A stretch of 64,000 bases of DNA from Candidatus Micrarchaeota archaeon (GTDB lineage: Archaea; Micrarchaeota; Micrarchaeia; Norongarragalinales; Norongarragalinaceae). Each line of letters starts with the position of its first letter. Position 1 is the stretch's first letter. This document shows positions 27,779 through 36,694 of the stretch, piece after piece. The DNA lies in assembly GCA_016207165.1 (NCBI GenBank), contig JACQQD010000011.1:6515-70514 (forward strand), read 5' to 3'. Below the pieces are notes generated by a model, which saw only the letters and a list, made by a program, of their open reading frames with translations, was not told the DNA's origin and did not search any database. Both the position numbers and the translations under genes were made by a program.

Positions 27779-27980
27779 CGCCGGGGCCGAGATTTGAACT
27801 CGGAAGGACCGAAGTCCACTAGATGGCTCGGACTAGAACCCTTTTCTCCCTCAAAAATGCGCAAGCATTTTTGGGGCCCCGCAAACCCTAAAGGTTTGCG
27901 CTGGTTTCATGGAAGTTTTCTTTTCGGGAAAAGAAAAGTTCCCTCGAGTCTAGCGCGTTACCGGATTCCGCCACCCCGGC
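27779..27980 (-). tRNA. tRNA-Ser(CGA) with ~117-nt intron between positions 37 and 38
   Basis: Hand-folded. 7-bp acceptor GCCGGGG/CCCCGGC with discriminator G. 3-bp D-stem with an 11-nt loop. Anticodon stem CTAGA/TCTAG with loop CTCGA(G|intron)A. Long variable arm GGAC-TTCG-GTCC. T-arm CCGAG-TTCAAAT-CTCGG. No encoded CCA. Intron boundaries are approximate. Confidence 0.5.
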
Positions 27981-28153
27981 AGGATGGAGTAATTGGTTGG
28001 TTGAAAAGACCTAAAAAGGCTTTCAGAATAGAAATGGACTACGAACTTGAACGCATATTGTCTGAATTTATCGAAAAGCACGAGAAGGCTTTGAAAGTCT
28101 TGGCCAAATACTAGTTTTGACTCGGTTCGGAAATCTATTTCTTTGCATTTGTT

Positions 28154-29152
28154 TTGAATGCTATATCCATGGGAATCGTCGAAGCGCGGGTGAACGGGGG
28201 AAAGCACCGAATCGTCATTCAGCTGGGGTTGCACCAAGGGGAGTCGCGGCTTGACAGACCCGGTGGATTGGTGACGTTCTCTGATTTTGAGCCGGAAATC
28301 CGGGGCGAGCAAAGGATTTTCGTCGAGGGAGCGACGGTATTTGACGGCGGCGTGTGGAAAAAACCGGAGTCCGAGAAGGTCGAGGCGTACAAGCGGTTCC
28401 GGGACAAGGCGGCATTGAACGTCAATGCGTTGTTTGAACCGGGAGCAAAAGCCGCGCATCGGCCGGTGGACGCGTTCATTGTCGAGCAAAGACCGGTGCT
28501 CTTGTTTCCGGATGTGTACCCCAAGCCAAAGTCAAGGCGCTTGCATGAAGAGCAAGTTGACCGCCACGATTCCTGGGTGAACCGGTTTAGTTTGGCGCTT
28601 AAAGGCGTTGGAGCCGTCGCGCTTGGGGCTACGGGCCTCCATGGATTTTTGGACTTGGCGGTACCCAAGGAAAAGCGCATGACCCGCCGCACGTTTCTGA
28701 AGGGATTGTTTGCCGGCTTGGGCGCGCTGGGACTTGGGTACGTGGCGGCTAAAACATTTACGTGGCATCGGGCGAATTGGGTGGATCGGGAACTGGCAAA
28801 ACCCGGAAGAATCACGGGGGTGCGGGATTGGCTTCGGCGGATTCACGCGAACATGAAAAACCCGTTGACCATCGTGCACCTTCGCAACGCGATTCTGGCT
28901 GAAAAAATCGAGCGCGCCATGCGACGCGAATTCGGGGAAAAAGAGGGCTCAGCCGGATTGGTCATCGGAGCGGCGCATGCCGGCATCGTGGAATACCTGG
29001 AGGACCCGGAGTTGCGGCGCCACGTCATCGCGCAATACGAGAATCTCAATGAACTGATGGACGAACAACTCAGCGGATTCGTTCGGCACGTCCGATACGA
29101 CGCCAAGAAAAAAATGTACTTGGTTTCAGACATGGACGAAGGGTTTCGCTGA
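28154..29152 (+). CDS. hypothetical protein with internal twin-arginine-like motif
   Basis: 332-aa ORF. A mid-protein 'MTRRTFLKGLFAGLGALGLG' looks like a Tat signal. The real product may start there (~28679). Confidence 0.3.
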   Translation: MNAISMGIVEARVNGGKHRIVIQLGLHQGESRLDRPGGLVTFSDFEPEIRGEQRIFVEGATVFDGGVWKKPESEKVEAYKRFRDKAALNVNALFEPGAKAAHRPVDAFIVEQRPVLLFPDVYPKPKSRRLHEEQVDRHDSWVNRFSLALKGVGAVALGATGLHGFLDLAVPKEKRMTRRTFLKGLFAGLGALGLGYVAAKTFTWHRANWVDRELAKPGRITGVRDWLRRIHANMKNPLTIVHLRNAILAEKIERAMRREFGEKEGSAGLVIGAAHAGIVEYLEDPELRRHVIAQYENLNELMDEQLSGFVRHVRYDAKKKMYLVSDMDEGFR

Positions 29153-29659
29153 CTAGTACACGCTGAGTTTCTTCACGGAGGATAAGTCCGCCAATTGTTT
29201 GAGGACATTCGCCGAAGGCTTTTTGGATAAAAGCAGGAACAACTTGGGGTTCTCAAAGAGTTCGGGGTCCTCCGTCAGAATCTGGCGGATGGGGACGTGG
29301 TGTTCGGCAAGCACGCGCGTGACGTCCGCCACGATTCCGGGCTTGGCGGCGTTGGGCGGCTCGATTTCCAAGACTTGGATCTTGAAGACCGACGCCGACT
29401 TCAAAAAAAGCGGGCCGGCGGGCTGAACGGTTTCAAACACCGGCTTCAAAAAGGCGTCGTCCTGGATTCGGGACACAGTGGCCCGGACGACTCTTCGGTC
29501 CACGCCGCACGAATCCGCCAAGGACACGTCCTTGACTTGCACGTCGCCGCAATAAACCTTCCCTTGGGAAACGCGAAGACCCAAGCCCAAGAGTTTCTTG
29601 GCCACCCTTTCTTGGGCGGGAAAACCGGCAAAGGAGTCCTTCAAGCGCTGCCAAATCAT
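29153..29659 (-). CDS. ACT-domain regulator-like protein
   Basis: N-terminal HTH-like region plus C-terminal ACT-like fold ('IVADVTRVLAEHHVPIRQI'). Divergent from the trp operon. Start trimmed to 'MIWQ'. Confidence 0.4.
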   Translation of the reverse strand: MIWQRLKDSFAGFPAQERVAKKLLGLGLRVSQGKVYCGDVQVKDVSLADSCGVDRRVVRATVSRIQDDAFLKPVFETVQPAGPLFLKSASVFKIQVLEIEPPNAAKPGIVADVTRVLAEHHVPIRQILTEDPELFENPKLFLLLSKKPSANVLKQLADLSSVKKLSVY

Positions 29660-29838
29660 GATGTACTTTTTTGTACTACAAAGATATAAATAGTGCACTG
29701 GGTAAGGATGGAACCGGTTAGATATGGGAGTCGGTTTTCTTTGGCCACAGCCAAACCAAGTCGCAGTCGCTGGACACGAAACTGGATCCGCTGCAGGCCT
29801 TTGAGCGCGTCTACGTCAACTCCGAGCATTGCTTCTTA

Positions 29839-31065
29839 TTGGAATCCTTTGAAAAGGACGGAACCCTCGGGAGGTACTCGTTTTTGGGTTTCAATCCAAA
29901 GCACCACATCCGCGTCAAAAACGGCGTCACGCACTTTGACGACGAGGAACGCGACGAAGACCCGTTTTTGTTTTTGAAATCCTTTTGCATCTCTTCCAAA
30001 GCCCAAGGCTTTCGCGGCGGGGCGGTGGGCTACGTGTCGCATGACGCCATCCAGTACATCGAGGACTTCAAGCCAAAAACCGGAAGCTTTCCAGACTTGG
30101 AGTTCGGCGTGTATTTGGACGGCGTGATTTTCGACCACCAAAACCATTCCACCCGCTATGTGTACCACGACGAAAACCGGGTGGACGAATTGGAGGCGTT
30201 GTTGCGGGAGGAACCCGGCGAACAAAAAACAAGCGTCAAAGTCTCGGAACCGTTTTTCGGAGAGGAAGAGTTCTGCGAGGCCGTGGGTAAAGCCAAGGAA
30301 CGCATTGCCGCCGGCGACGCGTTTCAAATCGTTTTATCCAGGAAGTATCCCGTCAAATTCGAGGGCTCGAAAATGCCGTTCTACAAAGCCCTCCGGAAAA
30401 CCAACCCGTCGCCGTACCAGTACGTGTTGAAAATGGGGGACCGGGAAATCGTGGGTTCCAGCCCCGAACAGTTGGTCCGCGTGGAGAACGGCGAGGCGAC
30501 CACGTTTCCCATCGCCGGCACCCGTCCCAGAGGCAAGACCCCGGAATTGGATGAAGCCCTGGAAAAAGAGTTGGTTTCGGATCCCAAAGAACAAGCCGAA
30601 CACGCCATGTTGGTGGATTTGGCGCGCAACGACATCGGCCGGATTTCAAAGGCAGGCACGGTAACCGTCAAGCGATACGCGGAAGTCAAGAAGTTCAGCC
30701 ACGTCCAGCACCTCGTCTCGGAAGTCTCTGGAAAACTCAATGGGTCGGCGGTGGACGCGCTTAAATCCGTGTTTCCCGCGGGCACGCTTTCCGGAGCGCC
30801 CAAGCTTTCGGCATTGAAAATCATTGACCAACTGGAGCCCCAGCCGCGGGGGCCCTACGGCGGAGCCGTCGGATTTTTGTCTTTGGATGGAGCCTGCGAT
30901 TTCGCGATTTCCATCCGAACGCTTTTCTGCGACGGCAACCAAGGATTCGTCCAGGCTGGCGCCGGAATCGTCCAGGACTCCGTGGCCGAAAAAGAATTCT
31001 TGGAAACCCAGCACAAGGCGCAAGCGCTCTTGGACTGCTTGAAACAACAAACCGATTTGGCGTGA
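29839..31065 (+). CDS. trpE: anthranilate synthase component I
   Basis: Chorismate-binding family motifs throughout. The ORF track starts at a TTG, but TrpE-like sequence continues ~35 codons upstream in frame with no canonical start. Confidence 0.8.
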   Translation: MESFEKDGTLGRYSFLGFNPKHHIRVKNGVTHFDDEERDEDPFLFLKSFCISSKAQGFRGGAVGYVSHDAIQYIEDFKPKTGSFPDLEFGVYLDGVIFDHQNHSTRYVYHDENRVDELEALLREEPGEQKTSVKVSEPFFGEEEFCEAVGKAKERIAAGDAFQIVLSRKYPVKFEGSKMPFYKALRKTNPSPYQYVLKMGDREIVGSSPEQLVRVENGEATTFPIAGTRPRGKTPELDEALEKELVSDPKEQAEHAMLVDLARNDIGRISKAGTVTVKRYAEVKKFSHVQHLVSEVSGKLNGSAVDALKSVFPAGTLSGAPKLSALKIIDQLEPQPRGPYGGAVGFLSLDGACDFAISIRTLFCDGNQGFVQAGAGIVQDSVAEKEFLETQHKAQALLDCLKQQTDLA

Positions 31066-31640
31066 AGAAAAAAATGAAACTATTGGTTTTGGATAACTTC
31101 GACTCGTTCACCTACAACCTCGTCCAACTCTTCCAAGCGCAAGGGGCGGATTGCCTGGTGTTTAGAAACAACGCATCCATGCACCAAATCGAGAAACTGC
31201 GGCCTGACGCCGTCTTGATTTCGCCGGGACCTGGAACCGTGGAGAACCCCAAGGACTTCGGCGTGTGCGCGCACGTTTTGAAGGCGCTGGACGTGCCGCA
31301 GTTGGGCGTGTGCTTGGGGCACCAGGGCTTGGCCTACGTCTTCGGAGGAAAAATCAGGCGGGACACACCGGTACACGGCAAGACGAGTTTGGTCACGCAC
31401 AACGGCAAAGACGTTTTCAAGAACGTCAAGAACCCTTTTCGGGCCGCCCGCTACCACTCGCTGGTCGTGGACGCAAAAACCGTGCCGGATTGTCTGGAAG
31501 TCACGGCGCACGGGCCCAATCAGGAAATCATGGGGCTAAAGCATAAAGAAAAGCCGTTGTTTGGCGTGCAATTCCACCCCGAGTCCTTCATCACCGAAGA
31601 CGGAGTAAAAATGGCGAGAAACTTTTTGGACTTGATTTGA
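31062..31640 (+). CDS. trpG: anthranilate synthase component II (glutamine amidotransferase)
   Basis: Class I GATase with 'GVCLGHQ' catalytic cysteine and a 'HPES' box. Overlaps trpE. Confidence 0.8.
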   Translation: MKKKMKLLVLDNFDSFTYNLVQLFQAQGADCLVFRNNASMHQIEKLRPDAVLISPGPGTVENPKDFGVCAHVLKALDVPQLGVCLGHQGLAYVFGGKIRRDTPVHGKTSLVTHNGKDVFKNVKNPFRAARYHSLVVDAKTVPDCLEVTAHGPNQEIMGLKHKEKPLFGVQFHPESFITEDGVKMARNFLDLI

Positions 31641-32633
31641 ATGGATGAATTGATCACCGCATTGGAAACCCGGGAAAACCTTTCCGAAAACCAATCGGAA
31701 CAGCTGGCCGACGGGTTCCTGGACAACACGATGAAGCATGAAGACATCAAGCGCGTGCTTTTGGCGTTGAACGCCAAAGGGCCTTGCGTTGAAGAAGTCG
31801 TGGGCTTTGCGAAAAGCATGCGGAAGCATTCCATCAAAATCCACCCTCAACGCCAAGTCGTGGACACGTGCGGCACCGGAGGCGACGGCGCCAGTACGTT
31901 TAACATTTCGACTACCGCGGCGTTCATTGTCGCGGCCTGCGGCCAGGCCGTTGCCAAACACGGCAACAAAAGCGTTTCAAGCCAAAGCGGGTCCGCCGAC
32001 GTCTTGGATGCGCTTGGATTGAACATCCACGTGCCGCCTGAAAAAACGCAGGACATGATTGACGAAACGGATTTTGGCTTCCTCTTTGCGCCGTTGTACC
32101 ATCCGGCCATGAAGCACGTGGCGCCGGTGAGAAAAGAGTTGGGCGTGAAAACCATCTTCAATCTATTGGGCCCGCTGACGAACCCAGCCAGCGCCCAATT
32201 TCAAGTCATCGGCGCGTACGATGCCAAAACGCAGGCGTTGCTGGCGGAAGCCGTAAAACGGTTGGGCACGCAACGGACGTTGGTGGTGAAAGGCGAGAAG
32301 CTAGACGAAGCCGGTTTTGGTAAAACCCAGGTCTTGGATGTGACCAAAAAGGGCATTGATGCATTTGAATTGCATTCCGAGGAATTCGGGCTGAAAGGCG
32401 CCGTTGCGGATTTAGTGGTTGAAAACGCCAAGCAAAGCGCCTTGTTTGTCCGCCAGGCGCTGCAGGATGACGGGGTCAAAAGCAGGGTGGCGGCACTTAA
32501 CGCCGCGTTGGCGTTGTATGCGGCCGGGAAGGCGGAAACCGTTCAAGAGGGGTTCACCAAAGCCAAAAACGTCTTGAATTCGGGCCGCGCCATGTTCAAA
32601 CTCCAGGAAGCCGTGTCGGTGTCCAAGCTATGA
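31641..32633 (+). CDS. trpD: anthranilate phosphoribosyltransferase
   Basis: 'GTGGDG' and 'KHGN' motifs. 330 aa. Confidence 0.8.
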   Translation: MDELITALETRENLSENQSEQLADGFLDNTMKHEDIKRVLLALNAKGPCVEEVVGFAKSMRKHSIKIHPQRQVVDTCGTGGDGASTFNISTTAAFIVAACGQAVAKHGNKSVSSQSGSADVLDALGLNIHVPPEKTQDMIDETDFGFLFAPLYHPAMKHVAPVRKELGVKTIFNLLGPLTNPASAQFQVIGAYDAKTQALLAEAVKRLGTQRTLVVKGEKLDEAGFGKTQVLDVTKKGIDAFELHSEEFGLKGAVADLVVENAKQSALFVRQALQDDGVKSRVAALNAALALYAAGKAETVQEGFTKAKNVLNSGRAMFKLQEAVSVSKL

Positions 32634-33388
32634 CGTTTTTGGACGACGTGTTGCAAGAAGTTGAAGAAAACGTTTTGACGGGTTACTACAAGAAGCGTCC
32701 GGGAAAACCCGTGAATGCAGGACAAGTCTCTCTGGAAGGACGGCTTGAATCCTCGTTTACGATCATCGCGGAAATCAAGCCCCAATCCCCCACGCACGGA
32801 ACGCTTTTTGAAGGCGACGCGGCCGAGTTGGCGGAAACCTACAAAAAAAACGGCGCGGGAGCCATTAGCGTGTTGTGCGAGCCGAACCGTTTTGGCGGTT
32901 CGCTGGAAAACCTCTCCAAAGCCAAGAAAACGGGTTTGCCGGTTCTAGCCAAGGACTTCGTCCTTTCGTTCCATCAATTGGACGCGTACAAGGCGTTTGG
33001 CGCGGACGCCGTGCTTCTGATCCACGAATTGTTTGACGTGAAAAAAACCGAGGGAAGTCTTGACGAATTCATTGCCGCCGCCCACGAAAAAAAGTTGGAA
33101 GTCGTCTTGGAAGTGCATGCCCGGCACGGCTTGGAGGAAGCGGTGCAGACAAAAGCGGACGTGATTGGCATCAACAACCGGGACCTGTACACCCTGGCGC
33201 TAAACCCCTTGCATTACCAAAACGTGTTAGGCGACATTCAACCGGACCGGCCCATCATTGCCGAAAGCGGGTTTAAGTCCAAAGAAGACCTGGAAATAGC
33301 CAAAGCCGTGGGCATCAACGGCGTGCTGGTGGGAACGGCGCTCCTGGAAAGCGGCGACCCCGGCAAATCATTGAGGGAATTGTTGTGA
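32630..33388 (+). CDS. trpC: indole-3-glycerol-phosphate synthase
   Basis: IGPS TIM-barrel motifs ('[10 protein letters not shown]', 'ISVLCEP'). Confidence 0.75.
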   Translation: MTFLDDVLQEVEENVLTGYYKKRPGKPVNAGQVSLEGRLESSFTIIAEIKPQSPTHGTLFEGDAAELAETYKKNGAGAISVLCEPNRFGGSLENLSKAKKTGLPVLAKDFVLSFHQLDAYKAFGADAVLLIHELFDVKKTEGSLDEFIAAAHEKKLEVVLEVHARHGLEEAVQTKADVIGINNRDLYTLALNPLHYQNVLGDIQPDRPIIAESGFKSKEDLEIAKAVGINGVLVGTALLESGDPGKSLRELL

Positions 33389-34521
33389 CGTACTTCGGCT
33401 CGTTTGGCGGCATGTACGTGCCGGAAACCTTGGTCGCGCCGCTGCAGCGCATCCAGCGCGAGTACGCCAAACGCAAAAACGATTCCCTGTTTCAAACCAA
33501 GTTCCAGCAACTGTTGCGCGAATACGCGGGAAGGCCTTCGCCCCTGTATTTCGCGGAAAAACTGTCGAAAGCCTACGGCTGCAAGATTTACCTGAAACGC
33601 GAGGACCAGCTTTACACCGGCTCGCACAAAATCAACAACGCCTTGGGCCAAAGCCTGTTTGCCAAATCACTTGGCGCAGAGCGGGTGATTGCAGAAACTG
33701 GGGCGGGACAGCATGGCGTGGCAACAGCCACCGCGTGCGCGCTGTTGGGATTGAAGTGCGTGGTGTACATGGGGTCGGAAGACGTCAAGCGCCAGTACTT
33801 GAACGTTCAACGCATGAAGTTGCTTGGAGCGGAAGTTCGGCCCGTGGATTCGGGGTCCAAGACGCTGAAAGACGCCATCAACGAAGCGCTTCGCGACTGG
33901 GTGGCACAACCGGAAAGCTATTACTTGATTGGTTCCGTCGTTGGGCCGTCGCCTTACCCTGAAATGGTGCGGGACTTTCAACGCGTGATTGGCGACGAGA
34001 CCCGAGAACAAGTCATGCAACGCGAGGGAAAGCTTCCCGACGTGTTGGTGGCGTGCGTGGGTGGCGGCTCGAATGCCATGGGCTTGTTTTATCCGTTCAA
34101 AGACGAGCATACCGTCAAGAAAATCGGGGTGGAAGCCTACGGCGCCGCATCGCTTTGCTTTGGAAAAACAGGCGTGCTGCACGGCGCGAAAACCAAGGTG
34201 CTCCAAGACGCCGACGGACAAATCATGGAGACGCACAGCATTTCAGCGGGGTTGGACTACTCGGCCGTAGGCCCCGAACATGCATTCTTTCAGGAAACCG
34301 GGATCGCGGACTACTCGGCGGTCAACGACGAACAGGCACTCGCCGCATTCCGGGAATTATCCATTCAAGAAGGCATCATTCCGGCGTTGGAATCCGCGCA
34401 CGCCGTAGCCAAAGGCCTGGATTTGGCGCAGATCCTGGACAAGGACCAAATCATGGTCATCAACTTGAGCGGCCGCGGCGACAAAGATACCCATGCCCTT
34501 GAAGCGCTTGGACTGAAATGA
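33385..34521 (+). CDS. trpB: tryptophan synthase beta subunit
   Basis: '[11 protein letters not shown]' PLP-lysine motif, 'GGGSNAMG'. Confidence 0.85.
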   Translation: MTYFGSFGGMYVPETLVAPLQRIQREYAKRKNDSLFQTKFQQLLREYAGRPSPLYFAEKLSKAYGCKIYLKREDQLYTGSHKINNALGQSLFAKSLGAERVIAETGAGQHGVATATACALLGLKCVVYMGSEDVKRQYLNVQRMKLLGAEVRPVDSGSKTLKDAINEALRDWVAQPESYYLIGSVVGPSPYPEMVRDFQRVIGDETREQVMQREGKLPDVLVACVGGGSNAMGLFYPFKDEHTVKKIGVEAYGAASLCFGKTGVLHGAKTKVLQDADGQIMETHSISAGLDYSAVGPEHAFFQETGIADYSAVNDEQALAAFRELSIQEGIIPALESAHAVAKGLDLAQILDKDQIMVINLSGRGDKDTHALEALGLK

Positions 34522-34579
34522 AACGAAAAAATCGGAAATAGATTGGGCGACGAAAAAAATCAAAAAAAAATAAGAAAAA

Positions 34580-35338
34580 ATGGTTTTGAAGAAAATGAAG
34601 TTCACGCGTCTTTTTGAATCCAAGAAATTCGTCTTTTTGCCCTACGTGTGCTTGGGCTACCCCACCCTTCAAGAAAGCATCCAAATCGTGAAAACCCTGG
34701 AACCCTTTGCCGACGGGTTCGAACTGGGCATACCGTTCTCCGACCCGGTGGCGGACGGCCCAGTGCTTCAAGCCGCCACGCAAGCCGCATTGAAAAACGG
34801 CTTCCACGTAACAGACGCGTTTCGGGCCATCAGGGAAATCCGTTCGTTCACGCAAAAGCCTCTGGCCGTCATGACGTACCTCAATCCGGTGCTGGCCTAC
34901 GGCTTGGAAAAATTCGCTTCCGATGCGCAAAACGCGGGCGCGGATGCCGTCATTGTGCCGGATTCGCCCATGGAGGAAAACGATTCGCTTCAGGCCGCGT
35001 GTTCCGGGAAACTGGAAGTGCCGCTGTTCGTTTCCCCTACCACGCCGGATTCGCGGGCCGCCAAGATTTCGGAAAAAGCGCAAGGCTTCGTGTACGGCAT
35101 TGCCGTGAAAGGCGTGACTGGCGCACGAGAAAACGCCGCAAAGGACATGCAGGCGTTAGTCGGCAAAGTCAAAAACAAGCCCGTCGCCATCGGTTTCGGC
35201 ATTTCGAAAGCCGAACACGTCCAAGCCGTAAAAAATTCAGGCGCGAGAGGATTCATCGTGGGCAGCCAAATCGTGAAAGCGTACAACGAATCCAAACTGG
35301 ACGGGGTAAAACAATTCGCAAAATCCCTATCGCCATAG
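34580..35338 (+). CDS. trpA: tryptophan synthase alpha subunit
   Basis: 'LGIPFSDPVADGP' motif. 252 aa. Confidence 0.8.
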   Translation: MVLKKMKFTRLFESKKFVFLPYVCLGYPTLQESIQIVKTLEPFADGFELGIPFSDPVADGPVLQAATQAALKNGFHVTDAFRAIREIRSFTQKPLAVMTYLNPVLAYGLEKFASDAQNAGADAVIVPDSPMEENDSLQAACSGKLEVPLFVSPTTPDSRAAKISEKAQGFVYGIAVKGVTGARENAAKDMQALVGKVKNKPVAIGFGISKAEHVQAVKNSGARGFIVGSQIVKAYNESKLDGVKQFAKSLSP

Positions 35339-35743
35339 GGAAAACTTTTTCGTCAATTCCGAGACGTCGCTCCAGGAGCCAAACAGGCAGATGCCGAAAT
35401 ACGCCAAATCCGCTTCCCTGGTTTCTTGGGTTCGGGCCACTTGCGCTTCCCAGGAGTCTTGGATGAGCGTGTGCGGAAAATCCGAAAACGCAATGCCTCG
35501 TTCCAATGCACATTGGCGGAGTTTTCGGATCTGCGTGGAATTGCCTTCCAAGACGATGAATGGAATCTTGGAGATGAGCTTGTGCGAGCCGCCGTCGGCA
35601 TCTTGGTAGTCGATGAGTTCCAACTTGGACGCGTCGGAAACCACGTGCCCCAAGCCCAACGCCATGTGCGCCAACGCGTTCATGGTTCGTCCAGCTGGAA
35701 TTTTGGGATTGAGCACGGCCACCAACTTGTTTTCAAAGGCCAT
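35327..35743 (-). CDS. DUF2000-like small protein
   Basis: ~138 aa from an internal Met ('MAFENKLVAVL...NALAHMALGLG'), resembling the DUF2000 family. The long N-terminal ORF extension is implausible. Confidence 0.35.
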   Translation of the reverse strand: MAFENKLVAVLNPKIPAGRTMNALAHMALGLGHVVSDASKLELIDYQDADGGSHKLISKIPFIVLEGNSTQIRKLRQCALERGIAFSDFPHTLIQDSWEAQVARTQETREADLAYFGICLFGSWSDVSELTKKFSLWR

Positions 35744-35790
35744 GACGGTTTTGATGCGAAACCCAGCTTGAAGATTGAGTAGTCCATGGA

Positions 35791-36417
35791 CTACTTTGTT
35801 TGGGAAAGAATCTTGGCTTCGGCTTTGCGCAAGTGGGAGAGGAACACGGTTTTGGGAATGCCCAACAGTTTTGCGGCGCGCGTGGCGGTGATGCGGCGGG
35901 GCCACGCGTAATAGCCGAGGTGCCTTGCCGCTTGGAAGGCTTCGCGCTGCTTGGCCGTGAGGCTCTCGGTAAAACCGGTTTGCTTGAGGTAACGCACCAA
36001 CACGGGAAAGCGCTTTTGGAGGTGGGCCAAGACGCGGGCCAGGTTTTGTTTTTCGGAGGACGCCAGCGTCCAGACTTCAAAGAGTCCCTCAAAGCGGGTG
36101 GGGGCCGCGGAAAAACAGTGGTTGTCAAAAAAGACGTCGGAAAAGTGCTCTAGGTTCCGGGTGGCTTTGGTCAGCACGCGGAGAAAAAGCGCTTCACCAC
36201 GCGAGAGTTCCTCCACGCGCGACACGTCGCCTCTTTTCTTGAAGTAAGCCAGAACCGCATCGAAAAATTCAGGCGGCCCGTCCACGCGCACGACGTGGGC
36301 GACCTGTTTTTTGATCCAACGGCAGTCCACGGACGAAAAAGTGTTGCGAGGAAAACGAGGGGACACGTCGGAGCCCCAACACCCTCGGTGTTCGATGGAG
36401 AACTCGGCTTGAAACAT
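35791..36417 (-). CDS. Bat-like HTH_10 transcriptional regulator
   Basis: C-terminal 'LTAKQREAFQAARHLGYYAWPRRITATRAAKLLGIPKTVFLSHLRKAEAKI' is the HTH_10/bacterio-opsin-activator motif. Divergent from the DAHP synthase gene. Confidence 0.55.
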   Translation of the reverse strand: MFQAEFSIEHRGCWGSDVSPRFPRNTFSSVDCRWIKKQVAHVVRVDGPPEFFDAVLAYFKKRGDVSRVEELSRGEALFLRVLTKATRNLEHFSDVFFDNHCFSAAPTRFEGLFEVWTLASSEKQNLARVLAHLQKRFPVLVRYLKQTGFTESLTAKQREAFQAARHLGYYAWPRRITATRAAKLLGIPKTVFLSHLRKAEAKILSQTK

Positions 36418-36524
36418 GAAAAGGCAATGGGAAGCGCGGGATTTAAAAACAGGGAACGGGACAAGAAAGTAAGCAAGGGTTAGCTCCCATGACTGAAGTT
36501 AAAGCAAACCAACAGAATTGGTCG

Positions 36525-36561
36525 TTTGGCTTTAGCTTTGGCTATTTTGGCTGACTTTGGG
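36525..36561. promoter_or_regulatory. four phased TTTGGC/TTTGGG direct repeats (9-12 bp spacing) in the divergent aro promoter region
   Basis: TTTGGC at 36525, 36537 and 36546; TTTGGG at 36556. Confidence 0.35.
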
Positions 36562-36694
36562 AAAAACCCTTGCAAGCTGTTTTTGGTTGAAGTTCTCCGG
36601 CTTGCAGCCGGCGGCGGGTTTTTCCCTTGACGTTCAATCGGGAGGGAAGGGAAATGACGAAGGTAAATAAAAGCAAAGACGCGGTGAAAAAATC

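Noticed and set aside
27794-28114. 106-aa ORF overlapping the tRNA-Ser intron region
   Set aside because: Overlaps a structurally complete tRNA on the opposite strand. Composition is atypical and it has no start context.
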